A DNA stretch of 64,000 bases from Heptranchias perlo (lineage: Eukaryota): assembly GCF_035084215.1 (NCBI RefSeq), contig NC_090356.1, forward strand, positions 17,980,001 to 18,044,000, written 5' to 3'. Under the pieces are notes generated by a model. It was given only the letters and a program-made list of their open reading frames with translations, did no database searches and was not told the origin of the DNA. Shown here one piece after another: positions 40,674-53,836 of this stretch (positions are counted from its first letter, which is position 1; every line of letters starts with the position of its first letter). Position numbers and translations under genes: made by a program.

Positions 40674-40811
40674 ATGTTGCTCACCATGTACTGTGTGCGG
40701 CGAGACTTGAGTGAGATCACCTTCACCCTGCAGGTGGACGGCGGCCTGGAGCTGGAGACTTTCCGGGTACTGTGCGAAATGGAGAGCGGCGTCCCCGCGG
40801 CCGAGAGCCAG
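40674..40811 (+). CDS. DDI2: DDI2 exon 1 ([49 protein letters not shown])
   Basis: 138 nt; close match to recalled vertebrate DDI2 N-terminus; CAG|gtgaga. Confidence 0.96.
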
Positions 40812-43800
40812 GTGAGAGCAGGAGGGACATGTACAGGCTTAAACCCCCGGACCCACCTCTATATACCGCCACACCCGGGTATATACCCCCCGCCACAATA
40901 TACACACCAGGACCCAACATGGTATACAATCATACCCGATCTGCGTAAACCTGCAGACCCAACTCTATATGCAACCACACCCACACACGGATATCAGATA
41001 AAGATACTATGATATGAACCCCGCATCTGAATCTGTCAACATGGGTATTCCCACTTGGTCCCACCTCTATATACGTCTGTAGACAGATATATGCTACAGA
41101 CCCAGAGCTATATACACAAGAGCACAAACACCAGGATATACATAAGTCTATACATAGGCAGATCTGCAGGCCATATATACACACCCACACACTGGCATCT
41201 AAACACTGGGGTGTATATCTTCTCCCCCCCCCCCCCCCAAATGAACTATTTACTCAAATAACACATATCTATACTTGAATATAAGCTTTGGGATATGTGG
41301 ACCTGGGCTGAACTCAATGCACTGCTATATCTGCATTTCACTACATATACACCCAGATATATACACGAGGGTATAAACTCTACAGCTGAGAGCATAAACA
41401 CAGGATATATACATCCGGAAACACTATCTGTAGTCATACGCACCTGCCTCCACCTACATTCGCACGTGAATATATTCCCACCAATCCAGATATTTACAGC
41501 CATATCCTCAGCTATGCCTGCACCTTGCTGTATACATTCCTAAACATGGATATATATATGTACTCGCATATCCAGATATATGCAACAGGAACCATATGCA
41601 GCCACAGCCTTAAATATAACTGCACCTGTCTATATATACATCCACACACGCATCTGTCATGCTTTTTAAAAAAAGATGATGAAAGAAAGCCAGTCTGACT
41701 CCTGAATGACCTGAGGATTTGCTGAGTAATCAGTATGTAACTGATTTCAAGAATGCTGAGCAACTGCACCTTGTGGACTTATAAGGATCTACATACCACT
41801 TTAGCAATAATATACTGTGTGTTACATAGTGTAACACTGAACTTTAGAAAGTAGAACATCCTTCATCTTACTGTGAACCATAGGAAATCCAGTAATATAG
41901 TAAATCAGCATACACAGATGTTATACTTTTTACAGATGCACAACAACCTTAACAACTGTGCTTCTGCATTGTGCTCAGAAGGAGCCTGAAACTCACCACA
42001 TTCCAACTTGCAAAGTTCTTTGATCAAACAACAATTAACGGCAATGCCATGAGACATTGTCTTTGTAAGAATTAGACTGTATGACCTTAAAAAGACACAG
42101 TTCCACCTTACCATCAGCATAATGTCATTGTGCATTGCACAGTATAGCACTCCTGCCCATTTAAAATAATGTATCATCTAACCTACCACGAGCAATTTAA
42201 TGAAGATCTGCTAATAAACAAGTATATAAGCAGATTTCCATGGTGTTGCTCACATTGAATTGGAGGATACATTTTATAATGATAAGAGATGTGCCATTTA
42301 ATGCACAATATATTTTTAGGGACACTGATTTATGGTGACTGAATAAGTCAAATCTTGCCTGTCAAATCAACACAGTGTGACAGGAACTAGGTTGACATAG
42401 GAAAGTCTGCTATATATGCAAGACTTTTAATATATTATAGCTATTTGCACTTCATTAGCTGAAATGTCAAATTCATAAATCAACAAGTAACAACTGAACA
42501 TGTACCAATTACCAAGCACGAATGAAAATCATCAATCATCATCAAACTATGGATCAAAAATTGGCAGTTAGTACCATAGAAATTACCGCACATAACACTG
42601 GTACTAGTTTTGTACTCTAATTCCATTTCCCCGCCCTTGTATCTTTTTATATACTTTTTTCAATACATCCCTTGAAACAGCTACTACTAAAAAGAGAGAA
42701 GCTGAACCAAAACTTAATCAAATCACTCCAAAAACATTATGAAGTTAGTCTGATTCCCCCAGCTGAAAGTTTACAGTTAAAAGTAACATAAACCCTTCAT
42801 ATTCATTGAGTTGCCTGTCCAGTGCTATAAATCTTTGGAAAACATGTTCTTGAAGAGGCACCCTGGAATGTTAATCTAGGTTATAGGCGCTATACAAATG
42901 CAATTAGTTGTTTCTGAAATAAAGCTGTGTCGCTTTAAGGCCAGAAAATCTCATTTCTATTAAATAAACTTGGTAGAGTTCATACAGAAATTAATTAAAA
43001 GGGTGTGGACAATCTGGCTCTGCTATTTTCTCTTGTCAGCGGAGTTTGTTAGTATATTCAAAATGACTGCTTTTGTGTTATACTTTTTTAAGTGCAGCAC
43101 AGAAATTTGACTGTGACAGATAGGAAATGTGTGCCAGACATACTATTTTTATTATGTTATCAGATTAGGTAGGCAGATCTTTTATAAACAGTCTTTATTT
43201 CACATACAACAAATAATTTAATTTGTATAATCACTGCACGATTGCACTTCATTAGCAATAATTTTTTAATGAAACAATGAGACCGTAGAATGTGTTTCCA
43301 CACTATGTACATGCCAGAGGGTAAGGGCCCTGCAGCTGAAAGTTAGGTAATACGCTACAGCTGACACAAATTGATGAATAATTTTACTGAGGTTATGTCA
43401 GAGGTATTGGATTCCAATGTCTGGTGATGCAGTTTCCACTTCAAATGGAATTGCTCAATGTTTCTGTTCACTGCCCACTTTTTCTCTCTTCTCCCATGTC
43501 CCCTCCATAAACTCTGGCCTATAACCTTGACAAAGAAAATACTTAAATACATTTTTACCAAATATATTGGATCACCATTCCTCTGAAAATGCTCTACTCA
43601 GTACAGAATGCGCGTATCAAAAATCAACTGCAGGACTCCTGCATGGCTGAGCTGATTAAAGGAGTGGGAAAGTCCAGGGCCAATACGAATTGTTCAAAGT
43701 ACATCCTCCCTTTATTTGAGAAAATAATGGTCTTACCTGAAATGTTTTTGACTTTTTAAAACATCAATATTACTACCAGAATGGAGACCCTCAAGTAGTA

Positions 43801-46800
43801 TCTCCCTCTGCTTGCTCCTTGCTAGGTTCCGCCTGTGAAATCAATCCGAATAGTGTGCCAGTACTCGTGGTTAACGTTCACAAATGAAGAACGGCACTTA
43901 GACAAGGTGTCAGAGGATGATCTGCCCACGTGGTTCATACCGTAGCAGGGAGAGGAGGAAAACATTAAAATTAAAAAACTTTCTCTTTGAGTTTCCAAAC
44001 ATATTCACAAATCTTTATACTTCCTATGTTATCGTGGCTCTTGACCAATTTCCACCATGGGGTAGTTGAGACTGTGGCTGACATGTCTGGGTGAGGTGTC
44101 TGCCAATGGCAGAATCATTGTATGTTAGTTAAATCTGAGTGCTTTTTCTGTGTTAGATAATCTTTGCGGAGAGGCCATTGACTGACAATCAGCTGACACT
44201 GGCAGCGTATGGACTGAAAGATGGTGATGTACTGGTGTTGCGACAGTTGGATAGACCGCCGGTACAGCCTAGTCTACCACTCCCAGGTGTAACAGGTGAG
44301 AGATCCTGTAGGAACAGTTCACCAGTAATTTTGCCAATAGTATTTGTGATTTGATTACCCATCTCACTTACAGGCCCTGTATACACATACTTGTAAATGT
44401 CCATCTTTGAATCCTCCCCTAACACTGTTGTGGCAGCAGAGAGAATTACAAGGGTGATTAATCCTTTTAAGGTGGTTTTGGTATAGGGGACTGTATGGTG
44501 TCAGGACATTAGTCATCCCTTTCCTGCATCCTAACTGAAAGAGGTTTGTACTTACTCATATAGCATGTTATCGTGTCTTTCAAATGCCTCAAAGTGCTTC
44601 AAGTACAGTTATTTTGAAGTGTAATCACTGTTATGCAGGCAGGCACGTCCCACAAACAGCAATGATATATTCTTTTGGTAATGTTGTTTGAGGGAGGACT
44701 CTTGGCCAGGATATCAGAAGAACTCCCTGCTCTTCTTTGAATTCTGCCAAGGGATCTTTAACATCCAGCTGAACCACTTGAACAGACATTTGTGTAACTA
44801 AGGGATAGCACCTCCAACAATGCAGCACTCCCTCAGTACTTACTGCACTGGAGTATAGCCTCGATTATGTTAAAAATAATATCAAAAGTTAGAGTTTGTT
44901 TGTAAAGCAATTGGTGCAATCTTGACACCTTTAATGAATCCTACTTTTTCAATTTAGAGGTGATTTGCTATTCCATAGATTTGTTTTAGATTGCAGGTGT
45001 CTTATGCAACTCAATATCTCCACCACCATGCTGCATCGAGCGTACTAATTCAGAATCCTAGTGGTATGCAGAGAATGTAGATGAAGAAATGTTGCATACA
45101 GACCAGAAAATTTTAGGTTTAGATCCCTGGTCTATGGCGATTTAGCATTACAGTTGGCTTTAGCAATCCTGGATTAGGGAGGACAAAATCAGCTAATTTT
45201 CCTGAAACAGCTTGTGGGCATCACTGTCTGACCTCATGCATAAATAATGGACACTTGGATGCAGTACTGGAGAGTGTTCAACGCTCGTGGAACCCTACTC
45301 TGCAGGGAGTCAATGCCTTCAGGAGAGGAGAGAAGGTTTGCAACAATCTTCGAAAAAAAGTCCATTGGAGCATTTTCTTCATTCTTCTAATGAGAGCATG
45401 CTCAACACAATGTCTGAACTAGACTATTCTTTATCCAGAGTTGTTACAGTTCACATATTGTGTACCACTTAATCACTTCAGGTTTGGAAATATTTTTGCA
45501 TTCTTTTGTACAGGTTGGGAAGGGAGAGTCCAATGGGTGGACCCCTGCTTTTATGATGTGCCGACATGAAAATATCGCTGTTAGTGATGGATTTATTGCC
45601 ATGGTACAGTACATGGAGGATGATTCTAGCTGAAGAATGAAGATCCTGCCAGGGGAATCTAACTTTCATGTGTTGACTCATTGTTCATACCTGTGGTACA
45701 GGCTCTACTCTTCAAAATGGCTTTGGTGTAGCTTGCTCACAAACTTGTTTTTTTTATTATTAATTCCAGAGGTATGAGTGGCTCTAAGTTTTCAATAGTA
45801 CACACTGTTTCTCAGCACTGGCAATAGTGCGGGGTTTACCTGTTGGTCATTGTATTTTTTATCTTGACATTTCTGTCTTTTCCCCTCCTTTAGGACTTCC
45901 TAGGATTGATTTCAGTGGTATCTCCGTGCCTGGATCATTGAGGCCCAGAATGCCTGAGTCTGGAGTAGCTCACCAGCAGCCACCAACGCCAACTCCCAGT
46001 AGCTCTACTGCTTCTCCTCCCCCTGTTCCACCTCCACACAGTTTGGAAAATAATCCTATGTTACTGCGGGACATGCTTCTGGCCAACCCACACGAGTTAT
46101 CGCTGTTGAAGGAGCGGAATCCTCCATTAGCTGAGGCGCTTCTTAGCGGAGATCTTGGTAAATATGGAGATTCTGTCTTGTTATTGATGCTGTTCTCCCT
46201 TCCATGTTTATACTGCTTCACTCCTATTTTTCAATTGTGTTACTTACTTGTATTGCCTTGTTCTCTCCTTTGACTCTGAATTTGCTGTAGAATATCTGTA
46301 TGGAATTCTTATTCAGCAGGGTGATGAGTTACTCACTGTGTAACTGTATGGGCTTTTGCTTACTAAACTGTTTAAATTGATTAAAATATTAGGAAATTGA
46401 ATTCAATCGTTTTATTTAATATAATGATCTAACCAATGAACCTAGTTAGAAAAAGATTTTCTAGATCAGCTTTGGGATTTCAATGTGCATTAGTTTCAGG
46501 CGGCTTGTACAATGCAGTCATGGCTCCTTAGAATCGTAGTCCTGTGGTTGCTGATGGACACGTTTAGGAATATAGGAGCAGGAATAGTCCATTCAGCCCC
46601 TTGAGTCTGTTTTATCATTCAGTTAGATCATGGCTGATCTGTATCTTAATTCCATCATCCTGCCTTGGTTCCTTAACCCTTAATACCCTTACCCAATAAA
46701 AATCTATCAATCTCAATTTTTAAATTTGCAAATGACCCCCAGCCTCAACAGTTTTTTGAGGGAGAGTGTTCCAGATTTCCACTACCCTTTGTGTGAAGAA

Positions 46801-49800
46801 GTGCTTCCTGACATTACCCCTGAACAGCCTAACTCTAATTTTAAGGTTATGCCCTCTTGTTCTGGACTGTCCCATCAGAAGAAATAGTTTCTCTCTATCT
46901 ACCCTATAAATTCCTTTAATCATCTTAAAACCTCAATTAGATCACCCCTCAATCGTCTATACTCAAGGGAATACAAGCCTAGTCTGTGCAATATAGCCTC
47001 ATAATTTAACTCTTTTATCCCCAATATCATTCTGGTGAATCTGCGCTGCACTGCCTCCAAGGCCAATACATCCTCCCTGAGATGCGGTGCCCAGAACTGA
47101 ATGCAGTACTCCAGAGGGGGTCTAACAGCTGTAACATAACATCCACCCCTTTCTATACCAGCTCTCTTCAGATAAAGGCCAACATTCCATTTGTCTTTTA
47201 AATTATTTTTTGTACCCGACCCCTGGCTTTTAGGGATTTCTGTACTTTGACCCTTAAATCTCTCTGCTCATCCACAGTTCCCAGCTTCTCACCATTTAGA
47301 AAATGCTCTGATCTATCTTTCTTGGGTCCAAAGTGGATGACTTCACACTTCCCCACATTGAACTCCATCTGCCATAGTTTTTCCCACTTTCTTAACCTAT
47401 CAATGTCCCTTTGCAACTTTCTGTTCCCATCGACACTAGTTACTGTGCCACCTAACTTGGTGTCGTCAGCAAACTTGGATATACAAGTTTTACCTGACTG
47501 GGGGAGGGTACACCATAGTGCAGGATGTTTAAGACGCTCAGCAGGATGTGCCATGCTGCTTAGAAGTGGGAGCAGGGGTGAGGGGGAGACTTATTGAAGT
47601 CAAGCTTAGGGATGAGTTTGTGATCTTTTATGTGCTTTATGATAAATGATAGTTCCTCACCCACCTCACTTCTTCACTATATACCGTCAAAACTATCATC
47701 TCAATTTTTTGTTGTAGAATACGATGGAAAATTGGGGAGAAAGGTTTTGCATAAATTGTTTGGTTATTTTCTACTTTCATTATTCACCAATTAAAAATAA
47801 GACTCGGACCCTTAACCAACGAGGATGAAAATTGACAAGTGGTAGCCGTGGCTCAGTGGTAGCACTCTTGCCTCTGAGTCAGAGGGTTGTGGATTCAAGT
47901 CCCGCTCCAGAGACTTGAGCACATAATCTAGGCTGACACTTCAGTCCAGAATTGTCGGAGGTGTCATCTTTCGGAAAAAACGTTAAGCTGAAGCCCCCTC
48001 CCCGCTTTCTCAAGGGGACGTAAAAGATCCCATGTCACTATTCGAAGAAGAGGAGGGCAGTTCTTCTGGTGTCCTGGCCAATATTTATCCCTCAATCTCT
48101 TAAAAAAAAGTTTATCTGGTCATTTATTGCTATTTGTGGGACCTTGCTACCGCTAATTAGCTGCTGCGTTTCCCTAAATTACGACAGTAACTAGATTTGA
48201 AAAAGTATTTAATTGGCTGTGAAGCCCTTTGGGACGTCCTGAGAAAGTGAAAGGCGCTTTATAAATGCAAGTTTGTTCTTTCTTTGATGGTCATGACAGA
48301 CACAAGAAATTTCATTATGGGCCACAAATGGCTAGTTGGATGAGTTGCCATAGGGCAGCCAGCAAAGAGTCAGTGCCTTCAAAAGAGGAAGAAAATTTGC
48401 ACAAAAACCAAGAAATGTCAGGTAAAATTCAACAGTACAGTCATGATGTGTGATAGCATTAGCTGAGAGCTCTCCTCACACCTCATGAAACAGAGGTAGG
48501 AAGTCTCCACATTATTAACTAGAATTGAGCCAAGTGTATGGCTGTGCTCATTACTGCTCAGTCCACTGCTGTTGTATATTACGCACTGTGTCAATGGTTA
48601 AGCAATCCTTTTGAGTTCAGTCTGTGCTATCTCTCCATAAGATAAGTTTATAAGGGTGCTACGAGAGCAGCAATTGGAACGAGCGCGTCGAGAACAGGAG
48701 AGGATCCGACTTCTGAATGCCGACCCCTTTGACCTGGAGGCACAGGCCAAAATTGAGGAAGACATCAGGTACAGAACAATTGCTGTTCAAGCTGTGGGTT
48801 TTCCTACTTAACGCAGGCTGCACACCAAAGTAACTCTTTGTATGAAGCACTTAGAGACATTCCGATGTTGATAAGGTGCTCTGTAATTGCAGGGATTTCT
48901 TTTCCTTCATTCCTTCCTATCTTCCACACACTTAGAACTCCTAAGATTGTCTGTATTGAGTGGCTTATGTGCGTATTCCTTTACTTCAAAATTCAGTCCC
49001 CTGCATTACGGAGAGGAAAATCGACTAGGGTTCCTGCTCCTGATTACTCTCCAGTGTCCCCTGCTGGAAAATGTGTAGATGTTGGGTGAGGACAGAATTA
49101 GGCTCAGCTGTGATGCACTCTACAGTTGAATAACCAACACACTCTGGGTTAACATATGAACCATGGCTATTTGAGCAAGGTACCAGAGAGTGATCAGAAC
49201 CCACGGAATCATACCCTGGCAAGCAAGCAAGTGCTGTCAGGCAAGGAGGGGAGAAAATTAGAAAGAAAAATATTTCTGAAGTATATTTGTGCTTACAGTG
49301 TTGCTGGAGTAGCGTTTGCCACATTAGTCCACTCCTAGGTCATTGATCATTTTTATTAATTATGCCCTAAATATTTTGTGCAAATTTTGCAACTCCACTT
49401 GTGAAATGGCTGGAGAGTTTTGTCCTTGCACTACGTGATTTTCCCAATCTCCCGCAACCAGTACTCCACTTGGCAGCACCCACAGTTGGTGTCAATTTAC
49501 CTGGGTGTGTGGAATTCTTGGATTGGTCAACCACTGCTTTCATGCTCACTCCATGTGTTTCACAGCACTTGTGATGGTGTTTTTGTAGCCTCTCAGTAGC
49601 ACCCCACATCCCTCACTCCTGTTGGGAATAACAGTAGACACAGGAAAGAGGTGGAAAAGGGTAGCTTTGACAGTGCAGTGCTAACTTTTGCCCTACACCT
49701 CAGATGACCTCTGCTGGCAACTTCTGTTTGGTGAGTGCCTAGATCTGGCCTGTAGTTGTGGTATTGGCTGGACTGCCTCCTTATTCTGTTGTCCTACTGA

Positions 49801-52800
49801 AGGATGCCTTTGTATTGTAGGCAGCAGAACATTGAGGAGAACATGACAATCGCAATGGAAGAATCACCAGAGAGCTTTGGTCAGGTGGTAATGCTCTACA
49901 TCAATTGCAAGGTTAATGGGAATCCAGTCAAAGCATTTGTGGATTCAGGTAGGTTCATATGTGCTAATATGACTAAATTATACATTGGATTCCGAGCTAA
50001 TTTGAAACAATAATTGCAATTGTAAAATCCTTGGTAGCAATGGAGCAGGCCGGGTGGGGGAGCAAATTGAGTAAAGTGGTGAAAGTGTAGGAAAAATATA
50101 TAATTGAATAATATCAAATGTACAAGATCCCTGTGTTTGACAACAGTACATGGGATCTATAGGTTTGGTGCACCATTATTCCATGTGTAACTGCTGTATT
50201 TGTTACGCATGTACACTGGCCACCCGCAGGTATCCTCCATACAGGACATTAAATACCTAATTGCTGCTTTGTCCACATATTCTCCATATACACATTAGTG
50301 CACAATCATTAATGCCTATTACTTATGTGACGGCCGTTCCATCTGTGTGTCCTGCAGACATTAATTTCACCATCACTACTTCCAAGACAAAACATTCCAC
50401 AGTGTTGGAGTAAATATTTAAATTGGAACCATCAAATTACCTTTAGGGCACATCAGCCATGACGTTGCATATGGGCATGATCTCTTTAGTTCAGTTTTGT
50501 GATCTAACAGTGCAATTGTGAACCCAAATGTGTTGATAAGTCTATACTGTCACTAATACAGGAGCACAGATGACAATCATGAGCCAGGCGTGCGCTGAGA
50601 GGTGCAACATCATGCGCTTGGTTGATAGGCGGTGGGCAGGGATCGCTAAAGGTGTTGGAACACAAAAAATCATTGGCAGAGTTCACTTGGGTGAGTAGTT
50701 ATAACATGACACCTATCTGATTTTTTTAGAATTACCAACAGGCTTTCATTACCATATCTGTAGTGCTATGAATTTTAAAGGGTTTGAGGAGATCACAAGC
50801 AGTTGTCTGCATATACAAACTACCATTCCTGCAGAGCTGACAGTGATGGATATGATGTGGTGGTGGGGTTGTGCCAGTTTTCTTCCCTCCTGTCCTAAAG
50901 ATGCTTAGTGGAGGGGGCTTTATCCGGCATCTTGCTATTTCTGATCTGTGTTGATCTGATGTAACATTTGAATGATGAAGTGTTCCAATACTGGCATTAA
51001 AAATGGAAGGAGGAAACGGAACCCAACCTGAAACGATACAGTGAAAGATAGCCAAAAAAAGTGTACTGGTCCTAGCCAAAAATATTATTTTTTGACCCCT
51101 GACCCTGGATGTGTACCTCTTTGTTCTGGGTTTAGTGACAGAACAGGAGTATCTCCCAACAGTTTCAGAGCAGTGTCATCAGCAACTGCAGAAAGCAAGG
51201 GGCTCTGTTGTTAGTAGTCACAGAAAGGGGTCCATGGGCCAAATCAAATACCTAGGCACAAAAATGGAAGGGGGTGGGTAGAAAGCATGGGGGTGTTTAG
51301 TTGTTGTTGGTTTTCAATTCAGCTGGCTTTAGTTGGTGTATTGTGTTGTACAGCCCAGGTTCAGATTGAAGGTGACTTCCTCCCCTGCTCCTTCTCCATC
51401 CTGGAGGACCAGCCAATGGATATGTTGCTCGGACTCGACATGCTCAAAAGGCATCAGGTAAGAGGCAATTCTAGGTAGTGGAGCCAAACTCACTGAGAGG
51501 GGGGATAGCGCAGTTCAAAATTGGGAGCTGATATCCCATGAAGCATCAGCACTGTTTGTGATCATACTGTGCCATTCACCCATTACTTAGAAGTCACAGG
51601 CTCCAGATGTAAACGCCAACAACAATTTCCTGCTGTGTGCTTCCCAACGGAATCCGGGTGGGCAGTTAAAATTGCCCATGGGACTTACCCACCGAGGTCC
51701 CACTCTCCACCCATAGGCTCCAATTTTAACCTGCTTTTCTGAGCAGGAACACCCACTGGAAACTGTCAGGTTTTTTCTTTAAATATGCAAATTGAGCTCC
51801 AATGCGTCATCGGGACCTGACCGTTATTTTAACCAGAGGTCTGCGCAGGGAAGCCTTTATCCTCCGGATCCCACAAAGAAAGTTTATGCCTCCCTTGCCA
51901 CAAGCTCTTCTTCTCTTTCCCAACCCTCCCCCTTCCCCCACCCCCCGATCCTGAGGCCCTCCCGAACCACCTCCTCATAAATTACCTGAGTCCCGGGGAC
52001 CGTTGTTTAGGTCCCCGGTGGCGGCCTCCTGCCACTCAACATTGTGCTCCCGCCCACTGGCCATCTGCTGCTTCCTGCTGGTTTTGGGCAGGAACCTGAC
52101 TGGGCCTATGCAGATGAGGCCTGGGAGTTAAAATCTTCTGGGCCGCTCACTGCCGAGGTTATGCCGATTTGTCGCCAGGATCGGCAACCGTCCGCATGAA
52201 TGCCGCCACGAGTTAAAATCAGGGCTTTAGTGTCCAGGCTCACATGAAGAATGCCGCTTAGGTGAGGTACTGGAGGGTGCCTGACATGAGAGAAATCCAT
52301 GACCCAGCAAGAGTCAGTGCTTTCACGAAAGGAGGAAAGTTTGGCAGAGAAAACCTCTCAAACCATTGTCCCAACCAGCAAAGACACAGAGAAACTAATT
52401 AACAGCCTGGGAGAGAGACCTGGAGTGAACTCTACCCGATGATGATTAAAAGCTCTTGCATAATAAGACAACTTTTTGTCTCATTTATAAAAAATTAACC
52501 CAATTCTGAAGATCTAGCTGTTTAGTTCACTGGTTATTTTAATTTCCATTGTTTGTAATTCTGTTGCTGTTTATTCCTGTCTGCTTGCAGTGTTCAATTG
52601 ACCTGAAGCGCAACGTGCTGGTTATCGGCACCACAGGAACAGAGACCCGCTTTTTACCTGAAGCAGAACTGCCAGAGTGTGCCAGGTTGGCATATGGTGT
52701 ACCACGAGATGATCTTCAGCCTGAGGAGCTGGCAGATGAGGAGCTGGCTGAGGCACTACACAGATCAGCAGAGGAATCTGGTAATTTGCTAAAAGTCTCT

Positions 52801-53836
52801 TGTTAGTAACAGAATTGTGTAAATATAGATTTAATTGTGGTGTGAAGAAATTTAAAATTTGGTGCCCCTGTGTGGGCCGCACGATTACTTAAGGAAGGAT
52901 GTCCCCTGTCCCCACCACCCAAATTCGTGTGCCGTTAGTCTACAGTAAAGGTTGCACATGATGGACTGTGGGTGATGTTCTGGTCCCATGATCCCTCAGT
53001 ATCAGGAAGGTAGGTAGAAGCTTTTTCTTTTCTGTCTTTTGCACATCCTACACAAACTTTGTTTGTGCCAGTCTTGTTCCTTTGACTTTATGAAGGCTGT
53101 TGCTTGGGTCTAATCCCACGGGCTCTGGCAGCCTCCCGTATCTCTTAAAATAGGCTAATTTTTGTGTAAGCCTAGACAGTTTACATTGGCAAGCCCTTTG
53201 ACCACGGAGGGTATCAGAGCTGAGGCCAATCCTGCTCTCATCTACTGACTACACGCAGGAATTCCAGCTGGAGGTACTGGATAGTGATCCGGAACAGGAA
53301 CCCAGGCTGATTTCCCCATGGAGGCCAATTTAAGTGCCCCTATTACAGCCGCAAATGAGATCTGCTGAATCAGCACAAACTGGAGATTGGACTTAGCACT
53401 GAGCCACATAGACTAGAAGGTGCTATGTCAGGCAGAGCCTTTAGCCATCTATAGTTAGACTCACATGGATTCACACTATCTACTAGGGGAAGTGTGGACC
53501 TGTTCTCTTCCCCACTCCATTTTGATATGTCTCAGTGTGCCTGTAACATTGTGTGTGTATTTATAATTAACGAGACAGCAATATCTCCACTCCACTGCTT
53601 TTTTGTTTTGGTCAGTCCAACCACCATCTGGAAGCTGGGTGTGCTAACAGAATGAATACTCTCTAATATTATCGCTCATACTTACACTGAGAGTGTTTGT
53701 GTGGAATGTTAACCTGTTTGATATCCATGGTGATTTGTAATAGTATATGCATGCTGCATGCCTCATTTGGCTAATTGAGTTTGCTGTTGTGGTTTGTTTT
53801 GGTTTTTTTATCCTAACAGGACGCCAGCATCACTGA
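40674..53836 (+). CDS. DDI2: Protein DDI1 homolog 2 (UBL-HDD-retroviral-like aspartic protease-UIM), canonical short isoform, 9 coding exons, 408 aa (411 aa with the downstream exon-2 donor)
   Basis: Exons 40674-40811, 44157-44286/44295, 45894-46157, 48642-48768, 49821-49948, 50562-50690, 51354-51457, 52591-52780, 53820-53836; catalytic [24 protein letters not shown]-like [16 protein letters not shown]. Confidence 0.96.
40830..41650. repeat. Low-complexity (AT/AC)-rich region with poly-C tract at the start of DDI2 intron 1
   Basis: Recurrent atatacac/gatatatac motifs; C-run at ~41224-41238. Confidence 0.55.
44157..44295 (+). CDS. DDI2: DDI2 exon 2 ([30 protein letters not shown]...); two possible donors (44286 or 44295)
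   Basis: UBL C-terminal half; gttag|ATA; donors CAG|gtgtaa and CAG|gtgaga, both phase 1. Confidence 0.92.
44545..44875 (-). mobile_element. DeuSINE (SacSINE1-like), head-truncated
   Basis: Homologous to 22520-22950 (cccacaaacagcaatga; gcagcactccctcagtact). Confidence 0.72.
45085..45330 (+). mobile_element. Degraded SINE-like repeat (family B)
   Basis: cagaccagaaa…atccctggtct…ggattagggagg…gagtcaatgccttcaggagagg. Confidence 0.5.
45894..46157 (+). CDS. DDI2: DDI2 exon 3 ([13 protein letters not shown]...[38 protein letters not shown])
   Basis: HDD-domain motif; 264 nt, phase 1-1. Confidence 0.95.
46565..47487 (-). mobile_element. CR1-type LINE 3' part
   Basis: [12 protein letters not shown]…[15 protein letters not shown]; DREKLF…RTRGHNLKI. 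Confidence 0.9.
47843..48285 (+). mobile_element. tRNA-derived DeuSINE (SacSINE1-like), near full length
   Basis: A box gtggctcagtggtag, B box ggattcaagtcc; Deu-domain core ggacgtaaaagatcccatg…gaagaagag…gtcctggccaatatttatccctcaa; tail aaaggcgctttataaatgcaagt. Confidence 0.85.
48642..48768 (+). CDS. DDI2: DDI2 exon 4 ([43 protein letters not shown])
   Basis: 127 nt; [17 protein letters not shown] motif. Confidence 0.95.
48990..49235 (+). mobile_element. Degraded SINE-like repeat (family B)
   Basis: gggttcctgctcctgat…gtgaggacagaattaggctcagctgtgatg…gcaaggtaccagag. Confidence 0.6.
49821..49948 (+). CDS. DDI2: DDI2 exon 5 ([42 protein letters not shown])
   Basis: 128 nt; contains the catalytic Asp (DSG). 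Confidence 0.97.
50562..50690 (+). CDS. DDI2: DDI2 exon 6 ([43 protein letters not shown])
   Basis: 129 nt; RVP domain; TGG|gtgagt. Confidence 0.97.
51354..51457 (+). CDS. DDI2: DDI2 exon 7 ([35 protein letters not shown])
   Basis: 104 nt; ends in phase 0, CAG|gtaaga. Confidence 0.97.
51640..52226. mobile_element. Possible non-autonomous DNA element (MITE-like), GC-rich, with imperfect attttaac/gttaaaat inverted termini
   Basis: aattttaacc at ~51722 and ~51826 versus gttaaaat at ~51665, ~52127, ~52212. Confidence 0.35.
52591..52780 (+). CDS. DDI2: DDI2 exon 8 ([36 protein letters not shown]...[16 protein letters not shown]; end of RVP + UIM)
   Basis: 190 nt, phase 0-1; gcag|TGT, CTG|gtaatt. 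Confidence 0.96.
53100..53410 (-). mobile_element. Degraded SINE-like repeat (family B) in DDI2 intron 8
   Basis: agcctagacagt…gatccggaacaggaaccc…gagatctgctgaatcagcacaaac. Confidence 0.55.
53820..53836 (+). CDS. DDI2: DDI2 exon 9 coding part (GRQHH*); the exon continues as UTR to a donor at 53880
   Basis: Acceptor ttttttatcctaacag|GA; resembles the recalled human C-terminus ERQKP*; donor CAG|gtattt 44 nt after the stop. Confidence 0.85.

Noticed and set aside
40313-40726. Multiple overlapping ORFs on both strands in the DDI2 (and DDOST, CASP9) CpG islands
   Set aside because: Expected by-product of high GC content and few stop codons; no protein motifs.
47843-47915. tRNA gene-like sequence (A and B boxes)
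   Set aside because: It is the tRNA-derived head of a SINE, continuing directly into the Deu-domain body, with other copies in the window.
49821-52780. Retroviral-type aspartic protease as a sign of an endogenous retrovirus
   Set aside because: It is the intron-split RVP domain of cellular DDI2; no LTR, gag or RT of LTR-element type is nearby.
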